A stretch of DNA of 64,000 nt, from NCBI GenBank assembly GCA_003598025.1, contig QZKH01000003.1:170048-234047 (forward strand), written 5' to 3'. The position numbers and the translations under genes were made by a program. Shown one piece after another: positions 56,614 through 64,000 of the stretch. Position 1 is the stretch's first letter, and each line of letters opens with the position of its first letter. Under the pieces are notes generated by a model that saw nothing but the letters and a program-made list of their open reading frames with translations, was not told where the DNA came from and searched no databases. Source of the stretch: Candidatus Omnitrophota bacterium. Lineage in GTDB: Bacteria; Omnitrophota; Gorgyraeia; Gygaellales; Profunditerraquicolaceae.

Positions 56614-57813
56614 TTAGGCGATTATTTCTGAAACAACTCCTGCGCCTACTGTGTGCCCACCTTCACGTATAGCAAACCTTGATTCTTTTTCCATAGCTAT
56701 AGGCATAATCAATTCAACTTCAACGCTGACATTATCCCCGGGCATGATCATTTCCACCCCTTGAGGAAGCTTAACTGAACCGGTAACATCAGTTGTGCGG
56801 AAATAAAACTGCGGCCTGTATCCGCTGAAGAATGGTGTATGCCTTCCGCCTTCTTCTTTTGTCAAAACGTAAACCTGCGCCTTGAACTTGGTATGAGGAG
56901 TTATTGATTTTGGAGCTGAAAGAACCATTCCTCTTTCCAGTGATTCTTTAGAAACACCTCTTAAGAGCAACCCGAGGTTATCTCCGGCCTGGCCTTCATC
57001 AAGTATCTTTCTGAACATTTCAATGCCGGTAACAACAGTCTTGCCTACTTCGGGTTTTAAACCGACGATCTCGACTTCGTCGTTTAACTTTACCTTGCCT
57101 CTTTCAACCCTGCCTGTACCTACCGTACCTCTACCTTCAATCGTAAAAACGTCTTCCACTGCCATGAGGAACGGTTTATCTAAGTCTCTTTTTGGCAAGG
57201 GGATAAAATCATCTACTGCTTTCATAAGTTCTAAAATAGCTGCTGCATCCGGGCTGCTTGGGTCCCCGCCAGCTTCCATTGCCTTTAAAGCACTCCCCTT
57301 AACTATAGGGGTTTTATCTCCAGGGAAACCATATTTGGTCAAAAGTTCCCTTACTTCCATCTCAACAAGGTCAATTAATTCCTTGTCTGAAACCATATCG
57401 ACCTTATTCAGGAAAACAACCATTGCCGGAACGTTAACCTGCCTGGCCAGCAAGATATGCTCTCTTGTCTGAGGCATAGGGCCGTCAGCCGCAGAAACAA
57501 CCAGGATTGCACCATCCATCTGCGCTGCGCCGGTAATCATGTTCTTGATATAGTCAGCATGCCCAGGGCAGTCAATATGTGCATAGTGGCGCGTATCAGT
57601 CTGGTACTCGACGTGTGAAATATTAATAGTAACGCCGCGTTCCCTCTCTTCAGGAGCATTGTCAATTGAATCATATGTCCTTGCCTCTGCATAACCCTTC
57701 TTGTTAAGAACCATTGTTATTGCTGCTGTCAAAGTAGTCTTGCCATGGTCAACGTGACCAATGGTGCCGATATTTAAGTGGGGTTTTGACCTTACAAATT
57801 TTTCCTTAGCCAT
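56614..57813 (-). CDS. tuf: Elongation factor Tu
   Basis: 399 aa; [21 protein letters not shown]. Confidence 0.95.
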   Translation of the reverse strand: MAKEKFVRSKPHLNIGTIGHVDHGKTTLTAAITMVLNKKGYAEARTYDSIDNAPEERERGVTINISHVEYQTDTRHYAHIDCPGHADYIKNMITGAAQMDGAILVVSAADGPMPQTREHILLARQVNVPAMVVFLNKVDMVSDKELIDLVEMEVRELLTKYGFPGDKTPIVKGSALKAMEAGGDPSSPDAAAILELMKAVDDFIPLPKRDLDKPFLMAVEDVFTIEGRGTVGTGRVERGKVKLNDEVEIVGLKPEVGKTVVTGIEMFRKILDEGQAGDNLGLLLRGVSKESLERGMVLSAPKSITPHTKFKAQVYVLTKEEGGRHTPFFSGYRPQFYFRTTDVTGSVKLPQGVEMIMPGDNVSVEVELIMPIAMEKESRFAIREGGHTVGAGVVSEIIA

Positions 57814-57835
57814 TAAAACACCTCCTGATTTTTTA

Positions 57836-59926
57836 TTAAGTCTTAGATGCTGTTGTAAGCCCGGTTATAATTTTTTCCGCTATATGTGCAGGCACCTCTG
57901 AATAAAAAGAGGGCTCCATTGTATAGGAAGCACGCCCTTGTGTCAAGGACCTTGAAACAGTGGCATAATTAAACACTTCAGCCAAAGGGACATGTGCTCT
58001 TATATAACACAAATTGTTCTTTGTAACAAGAGAAACTATTTTTGCCCGTCGTGAACTTAAATCCCCGATAATCTGGCCCATGAATTCTTCGGGCGTTGTA
58101 ATCTCCATATCCATAATCGGTTCCAGAAGGATTGAACCTGATTTCCTTAATCCGTCGCTGAAGGCAATCCCCGCGGCCATCTGGAAAGCAAGCTCTGAAG
58201 AATCAACATCATGGTATGAGCCATCGACCAGCGTGACATGAACATCAGTCACGGGATAGCCTGCAAGAACACCGGTCTTTGATGCGGCATTGACTCCTTT
58301 TTTTACAGCTGGAATAAATTCCCTGGGTATAGCGCCGCTCTTTATCTTATCCTCAAAAACAATTCCCTGGCCCGGAGTTTCAGTCGGCCCCATCTCAAAA
58401 ACCACATGCCCGTATTGGCCGCGTCCGCCGCTCTGCTGAATGAATTTACCGACCGAGCTTATCTTTTTGGTCAACGTCTCCCTATATGCAACCTGCGGCT
58501 GGCCAACTTGAGCCTCGACATTAAATTCTCTTAAAATCCGGTCAATTATAATTTCAAGATGCAATTGGCCCATCCCGGCGATAATAGTCTCGCCTGTTTC
58601 CTGGTTATAAAACACCCGGAATGAAGGGTCTTCTTCTTCAAGTTTATGCAAAGCAAAACCGAGTTTTTCCTGCGCATCTTTGGACTTAGGTTCTACTGCC
58701 TGCTGGATTACCGGCTCCGGGAAACGCATTGCTTCAAGTAGTATATGATTATTTTCTGTGCAGAGGGTATCCCCGGTTTTTGTTTCTCTAAGGCCTACAG
58801 CGGCTGCGATATCACCGGCAACGATACTATCTACGATTTCCTGCCTGTTAGCGTGCATCTTGACAATCTTAGTCACTCTTTCTTTCTCGCGCTTAGTCGC
58901 ATTATAAACGTAGGTGCCTGATTTCAGAGTGCCTGAATATACCCTGACGTAATTTATCTTACCTACATAAGGGTCTGTAGCTACTTTAAAACATAACGCG
59001 CAAAAGGGCGCTTTTTCAGACGGTATTATCTCTTCAAATTCTCCGGTTTCAGGATTAGTGCCTTTGACCGGAGGCAAATCAATCGGAGAAGGCAGATAAT
59101 CACAGACAGCATCAAGGACCAGCTGTATGCCTTTATTCCTGAAAGCAGTGCCGCACAGCACAGGGACAAATTTATTTGCGATTACACTCCTTCTGATAGT
59201 CTCCTTAATCTGCGCGGACGAAATTTCTTTACCGTGCAGGAAATCCTCCATCATCGTATCGTCAACCTCAGCAAGCCTCTCAATAAGTATATTCCTGTAT
59301 TTTTCAACTTCAGGCATCATTTCTTTCGGTATTTCTGCATCTTCATAATTCTTCCCAGCATCATCTTTATAAAGCCTGAATTTAAGGTCTACCAAATCAA
59401 CTATTCCTGTAAAATCAGCTTCTTTGCCGTATGGCAATTGGATTGCCGCAGCATTAGCAGCCAGTTTCTTATGCATCTGGTCTATAGCATCATAGAAATT
59501 ACTGCCTGTCCTGTCCATTTTATTTACGAAGGCTATCCTTGGGACACCGTATCTGTCCGCCTGGCGCCATACTGTCTCTGATTGTGGCTCCACGCCGCCA
59601 ACACCGCAAAACACAACTACCGCTCCGTCAAGCACCTTAAGCGAACGCTCAACCTCAACCGTGAAATCAACGTGCCCGGGGGTATCAATAATATTTATTC
59701 TGTAATCTCCCCAGAAGCATGTGGTTGCTGCAGCCGTAATGGTGATGCCTCTTTCCTGTTCCTGCACCATCCAATCCATAGTCGCAGTCCCTTCATGGAC
59801 TTCGCCGATCTTATGCGTCCTGCCGGTATAATAAAGTATGCGTTCAGTAGTAGTTGTTTTACCCGCATCTATATGCGCGATTATACCAATATTCCTTAAT
59901 TTAGTTAAATCCAGGTTAGCTGCCAT
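57836..59926 (-). CDS. fusA: Elongation factor G
   Basis: 696 aa; [23 protein letters not shown] and domains III-V. Confidence 0.95.
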   Translation of the reverse strand: MAANLDLTKLRNIGIIAHIDAGKTTTTERILYYTGRTHKIGEVHEGTATMDWMVQEQERGITITAAATTCFWGDYRINIIDTPGHVDFTVEVERSLKVLDGAVVVFCGVGGVEPQSETVWRQADRYGVPRIAFVNKMDRTGSNFYDAIDQMHKKLAANAAAIQLPYGKEADFTGIVDLVDLKFRLYKDDAGKNYEDAEIPKEMMPEVEKYRNILIERLAEVDDTMMEDFLHGKEISSAQIKETIRRSVIANKFVPVLCGTAFRNKGIQLVLDAVCDYLPSPIDLPPVKGTNPETGEFEEIIPSEKAPFCALCFKVATDPYVGKINYVRVYSGTLKSGTYVYNATKREKERVTKIVKMHANRQEIVDSIVAGDIAAAVGLRETKTGDTLCTENNHILLEAMRFPEPVIQQAVEPKSKDAQEKLGFALHKLEEEDPSFRVFYNQETGETIIAGMGQLHLEIIIDRILREFNVEAQVGQPQVAYRETLTKKISSVGKFIQQSGGRGQYGHVVFEMGPTETPGQGIVFEDKIKSGAIPREFIPAVKKGVNAASKTGVLAGYPVTDVHVTLVDGSYHDVDSSELAFQMAAGIAFSDGLRKSGSILLEPIMDMEITTPEEFMGQIIGDLSSRRAKIVSLVTKNNLCYIRAHVPLAEVFNYATVSRSLTQGRASYTMEPSFYSEVPAHIAEKIITGLTTASKT

Positions 59927-59929
59927 AAT

Positions 59930-60400
59930 TTACCATCTAAAGTGGGCAAAAGCCTTGTTAGCTTCAGCCATCTTATGAGTGTCATCCCTTTTCTTGATAC
60001 TTGAACCTTCGCCTTTATACGCAGATACGATTTCATCAGCAAGCTTAACATACATAGGCTTGCCTTTTTTGCCAGCTGCAAAATCCTTCATCCATCTCAA
60101 CGCGATAGAAGTCCCGCGTTCCTGTTTGACCTCAACAGGCACTTGGTAAGTCGCTCCGCCCACACGCCTTGGCTTGACCTCAAGCCTTGGGCGGGCATTA
60201 TCTATAGCTTTATAGAAAACTTTTATTACATCCTGTTCATTAGTCTGCTTTTTGATTATCTCAAAGGCATCATACACTATCTTTTCAGCAACTGCTTTTT
60301 TGCCTTTGATCATTATCATATTGATAAACTTGGCTACTATCTTGCTGTTAAATTTTGGATCTGGCAGTATTTCTCTTTCCTGTGCTTTTCTTCTTCTCAT
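59930..60400 (-). CDS. rpsG: Ribosomal protein S7
   Basis: 156 aa. Confidence 0.9.
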   Translation of the reverse strand: MRRRKAQEREILPDPKFNSKIVAKFINMIMIKGKKAVAEKIVYDAFEIIKKQTNEQDVIKVFYKAIDNARPRLEVKPRRVGGATYQVPVEVKQERGTSIALRWMKDFAAGKKGKPMYVKLADEIVSAYKGEGSSIKKRDDTHKMAEANKAFAHFRW

Positions 60401-60768
60401 TTCGGCCTCTTAGCTCCGTACTTTGAACGTGATTTTTTTCTATTAGCTACACCAGCGGTATCAAGTGTGCCTCTTACAATATGATAACGCACACCCGGAA
60501 GATCTTTTACCCTGCCGCCTCTTACAAGTACTATCGAGTGCTCCTGGAGATTATGGCCTTCACCAGGTATGTATGAAGTGACTTCTATACCCGTAGTAAG
60601 CCTAACCCTGGCTATTTTTCTTAAAGCCGAATTAGGTTTTTTAGGCGTCATTGTCCTTACCTGTAAACAGACCCCTCTTCTCTGAGGGCATCTTTTAAGC
60701 GCAGGAGATTTTGTCTTTTTAATCTTCGATATTCTTCCGTATTTTATTAATTGCGAAATTGTCGGCAT
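60397..60768 (-). CDS. rpsL: Ribosomal protein S12
   Basis: 123 aa; [12 protein letters not shown]...[10 protein letters not shown]. Confidence 0.9.
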   Translation of the reverse strand: MPTISQLIKYGRISKIKKTKSPALKRCPQRRGVCLQVRTMTPKKPNSALRKIARVRLTTGIEVTSYIPGEGHNLQEHSIVLVRGGRVKDLPGVRYHIVRGTLDTAGVANRKKSRSKYGAKRPK

Positions 60769-60771
60769 AAA

Positions 60772-63700
60772 TTAATCCTTTTTTTCCTCTTTATCTTCTG
60801 TTTTATCCGCGAATTTAACAACCTCTATCTCCCTGTGCTGGCGGAACCCCGTGCCTGCAGGGATAAGATGGCCCACAATTACATTTTCTTTCAGGCCGAA
60901 TAAATCATCTTTCTTTCCTGAAGCAGCAGCATCGGTAAGAACCCTGGTTGTCTCCTGGAAGCTTGCCGCTGAAATAAAGCTTTCTGTGGTTAAGGATGCT
61001 TTGGTTATACCAAGCAATAACGGAGTAGCGGATGCTGCTTTGCCGTCCTTTTTTGATACCCGGTTATTTTCTTTCTGGAAGTTCCATTTATCGACCTGTT
61101 GGCCGGGCAGGAATTCCGTATCCCCGGATTCTTCAATTTTTACTTTCTTCAGCATTTGTTTTATTATTAACTCAATATGCTTGTCATTTATGCGGACACC
61201 CTGCAGCCTGTAAACTTCCTGGACCTCATTAACAAGATACTCCTGTAAAACTTTATCGCCGCATACTCTTAAGATATCCTGCAGGACAACTGGCCCGTCG
61301 GTCAACTGCTGGCCCGCGATAACTTTATCGCCCTTATAAACATTGGGATGTTTACCATGAGGTATTACATATTCCCTGGCCATGCCGGTAGAGGATTTCA
61401 CCACGATTATTCTCTGGCCTTTTTTAGTCTCACCGAATTCGACAAAGCCGTCGATTTCACTTATTACGGCAGGGTCTTTCGGCCTTCTTGCTTCAAAAAG
61501 CTCAGCCACTCTTGGCAAACCGCCGGTGATATCCCTTGTTTTAGCAAGTAATCTGGGGATCTTGGCTAACATATCGCCGCCATCAACCTTCTGGCCGTCT
61601 TTCACTATGATATGCGCGCCTATCGGTATAGGATAGATCCCGGCGACTTCCTTGCTCTGATCCAGGATCAATATCTGCGGATGATATTCAGCTTTATGCT
61701 CGACAACTACTCTTTCAGTCAATTTAGTTACAGGGTTTAATTCTTCCCTTACAGTAGTGTTTTCTTTCAGGTCCTCGAACATCACTGTCCCGCCCACTTC
61801 TGTCAGAATAGGCAAGGTATAAGGATCCCAACGCACAAAGGAAATATTTTCGTTTACCGTTTCCCCGTCCTTAATGTTGATAAAAGCGCCCTGGGGCACC
61901 GGATAACGCTCTAATTCCCTGCCGTCTTTATCATTTATACTTACATAACCATTTCTGTTTAAGACAATATATTCTTTATTCTTTGTAGCGCATCTTAAAC
62001 TATGGTATTTAACAAAACCCTTGTTCTTAGATTTAATAAACGATTGGGCGACTATTCTTGAAGCCGTACCACCAATATGGAATGTCCTCATTGTCAACTG
62101 TGTACCCGGCTCACCTATGCTCTGGGCCGCAATAATACCTACGGATTCGCCTATCTCAACTATCCTGCCCGTAGCAAGGTTACGCCCATAGCATTTAGTA
62201 CACACGCCTTTGCCCGATTCGCATGTAAGCACGCTTCTTATACGTATCTTTTCAATACCGAGCCGCTCTATCATATCTGCTTTTTCTTCCGTAATCTGGC
62301 TGCCCTGCTCGACAATAACTTCATCGGTTATAATATCGACGATATTATCCAACGCGACCCTGCCCACAATCCTATCCTTAAGAGAAACTACGACTTCGTC
62401 GCCCTCGATTATAGCTGAGACGGTTATACCGTTTAAGGTCCCGCAATCAGGCTCGGTAACTATTACGTCCTGGGCGACATCCACTAACCTTCTGGTTAGA
62501 TATCCGGCGTCAGCTGTCTTTAAAGCAGTATCTGCCAAACCTTTTCTTGCGCCGTGAGTCGAAATAAAGTACTCCAAAACGGTAAGGCCTTCCCTGAAAT
62601 TTGCAGTAATAGGGCTTTCGATGATTTCGCCTGATGGTTTAGCCATGAGGCCGCGCATACCGGCAAGCTGCCTGACCTGAAGCCTTGAACCTCTTGCTCC
62701 GGAATCAGCCATCATAAATATGGGGTTAAAAGGCTCCATCTCCTTAAATAACAAGTCGGAGACCTTGTCAGTGGCATGTGTCCAGATATCAATTACCTTA
62801 TTATATCTTTCCCTGTCTGTGATTATACCTTTATGGTATTGATCTTCCACTTTTGCCACTTCCGCCTTTGCCTCTTTAAGCACCACGTCTTTTGCTTTCG
62901 GTATATATAAATCATTTATACCTATAGATATGCCCCCGACAGTAGCGAATTCAAAACCAAGTTCTTTTAAATCGTCAAGCAGCTGCACAGTCCTCTGATG
63001 GCCGAATCTCTTATAGCATTCAGCAACGATGTCGCCGACTGTGCCCTTTTTAAGCTCCTTATTCACAAAACCAAAACCTTCCGGCAGCGCCCTGTTAAAT
63101 AAAACCCTGCCAACCGTAGTTGTAACCAGCTGCTTTTCATTGATCAATTTCTTTTCGCTAAGGTCAAACGAGCTGTCTATCCTGACTTTAATTTTTGCAT
63201 GCAGGTCTATCGCTTTGTCGTTGAAGGCAACGACTACTTCATCGCAGTCAGAAAATATTTTATTTTCGCCCTTTGCTCCGCTCTTTTCTTTCGAGATATA
63301 AGAAGAACCCAGGATTATATCCTGAGTAGGAGTAAGGATCGGCCTTCCGTCTGCAGGTGAAAATATGTTATTAATAGACAGCATGAGTATTTTTGCCTCA
63401 AGCTGCGCCTCTAAAGACAACGGCACATGCACTGCCATCTGGTCGCCGTCAAAATCAGCGTTAAAGGCAGTACAAACCAGAGGGTGTATTTTAATGGATT
63501 TACCCTCAATCAAAACAGGCTGGAATGCCTGTATACTTAACCTATGCAAAGTAGGGGCTCTGTTAAGAAGCACCGGATGGTCACGGATTACCTCATCAAG
63601 CATGTCCCATACCTCAATCTTGCCGCGTTCAACCATTCTTCTTGCGCCTTTTATTGTGTGCACAAACCCTTTTTCCCGTAACTTCTTTATAATAAAAGGT

Positions 63701-64000
63701 TCGAATAATTCCAGCGCCATCTGTTTAGGAAGGCCGCACTGATGAAGTTTTAAATTAGGGCCGACAACGATAACTGACCTGCCTGAATAATCTACTCTTT
63801 TACCTAAAAGGTTCTGCCTGAATCTGCCCTGTTTGCCCTTAAGCATATCAGACAGCGATTTTAGCGGCCTGTTATTCGCTGCCATGACCGGACGGCCATG
63901 CCTGCCATTATCCAACAGCGCATCAACAGCCTCCTGAAGCATCCTTTTTTCGTTACGGATGATTATCTCGGGAGCATTAAGCTCCATCAATTTCTTTAAA
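60772..64000 (-). CDS. rpoC: DNA-directed RNA polymerase beta' subunit, C-terminal portion (about 1075 aa; 5' end lies beyond the window)
   Basis: Contains [12 protein letters not shown] (catalytic Mg loop), the G-loop/trigger-loop and C-terminal regions. The 'M' at 63990 is internal; the frame stays open to the window end. Confidence 0.9.
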   Translation of the reverse strand, partial: LKKLMELNAPEIIIRNEKRMLQEAVDALLDNGRHGRPVMAANNRPLKSLSDMLKGKQGRFRQNLLGKRVDYSGRSVIVVGPNLKLHQCGLPKQMALELFEPFIIKKLREKGFVHTIKGARRMVERGKIEVWDMLDEVIRDHPVLLNRAPTLHRLSIQAFQPVLIEGKSIKIHPLVCTAFNADFDGDQMAVHVPLSLEAQLEAKILMLSINNIFSPADGRPILTPTQDIILGSSYISKEKSGAKGENKIFSDCDEVVVAFNDKAIDLHAKIKVRIDSSFDLSEKKLINEKQLVTTTVGRVLFNRALPEGFGFVNKELKKGTVGDIVAECYKRFGHQRTVQLLDDLKELGFEFATVGGISIGINDLYIPKAKDVVLKEAKAEVAKVEDQYHKGIITDRERYNKVIDIWTHATDKVSDLLFKEMEPFNPIFMMADSGARGSRLQVRQLAGMRGLMAKPSGEIIESPITANFREGLTVLEYFISTHGARKGLADTALKTADAGYLTRRLVDVAQDVIVTEPDCGTLNGITVSAIIEGDEVVVSLKDRIVGRVALDNIVDIITDEVIVEQGSQITEEKADMIERLGIEKIRIRSVLTCESGKGVCTKCYGRNLATGRIVEIGESVGIIAAQSIGEPGTQLTMRTFHIGGTASRIVAQSFIKSKNKGFVKYHSLRCATKNKEYIVLNRNGYVSINDKDGRELERYPVPQGAFINIKDGETVNENISFVRWDPYTLPILTEVGGTVMFEDLKENTTVREELNPVTKLTERVVVEHKAEYHPQILILDQSKEVAGIYPIPIGAHIIVKDGQKVDGGDMLAKIPRLLAKTRDITGGLPRVAELFEARRPKDPAVISEIDGFVEFGETKKGQRIIVVKSSTGMAREYVIPHGKHPNVYKGDKVIAGQQLTDGPVVLQDILRVCGDKVLQEYLVNEVQEVYRLQGVRINDKHIELIIKQMLKKVKIEESGDTEFLPGQQVDKWNFQKENNRVSKKDGKAASATPLLLGITKASLTTESFISAASFQETTRVLTDAAASGKKDDLFGLKENVIVGHLIPAGTGFRQHREIEVVKFADKTEDKEEKKD

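Noticed and set aside
63990-64000. ATG at 63990 as the rpoC start
   Set aside because: The encoded sequence corresponds to the middle of beta' (region before NADFDGD), and the frame is open to the window edge. The gene is 5'-truncated by the window.
1-64000. CRISPR arrays, prophage, toxin-antitoxin or other defence systems
   Set aside because: No short direct-repeat/spacer periodicity and no cas, phage structural or integrase genes. The only repeats are the REP palindromes and the REPtron inverted repeats.

Overview
This is an AT-rich (roughly 35-40% GC) segment of a Gram-negative-type bacterial chromosome. Lipid A/ADP-heptose, TonB/TBDR and LpxL-like genes are present, and every credible gene is on the minus strand. 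From the right end leftwards the window holds: the 3' two-thirds of rpoC followed by the complete str/S10/spc/alpha ribosomal super-operon (rpsL through rplQ, 41.6-64.0 kb; no L30, Zn-type S14, L36 and IF-1 present), then an aspC/leuC/pilT/leuD/IDH-family/mdh/lpd/lipB/lipoyl-domain block (33.3-41.6 kb). Next is a REPtron (a RAYT Y1 transposase flanked by 53-bp inverted REPs, 31.9-32.6 kb). This is followed by a tightly packed, previously undescribed lipid-type cluster (26.4-31.8 kb): HTH protein, SRPBCC protein, two tandem acyl-ACP-reductase-family paralogs, an alpha-oxoamine synthase, a hypothetical protein and an ICMT-family methyltransferase. That cluster runs straight into a 7TM-sensor histidine kinase, a response regulator, a GAF/HD-GYP protein, a GT28 glycolipid synthase, an LpxL-family acyltransferase, a GT2 and pcm (19.2-26.4 kb). 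Further left is a two-unit cobalamin uptake/salvage locus (btuR-btuF-btuC-btuD, then a cobalamin riboswitch controlling a DUF71 PP-loop ATPase, a BtuB-like TBDR and tonB; 11.9-19.1 kb), with 70-bp palindromic REP elements flanking tonB. Then come rpsU, a sugar-phosphate isomerase, a Memo-like protein, DUF1844, a Trm112-like protein, aroQ/pepP/efp/accB/accC, Asp23/AmaP, a PPi-type phosphofructokinase, gmhA, the hldE adenylyltransferase domain, a ThiE-associated ORF, thiE and a 3'-truncated thiC. Three small genes missing from the ORF track (rpsU, rpmJ, a trm112-like gene) were recovered by manual translation. The most interesting region is the AAR-paralog/alpha-oxoamine-synthase lipid island and its link to a sensory module and glycolipid enzymes.
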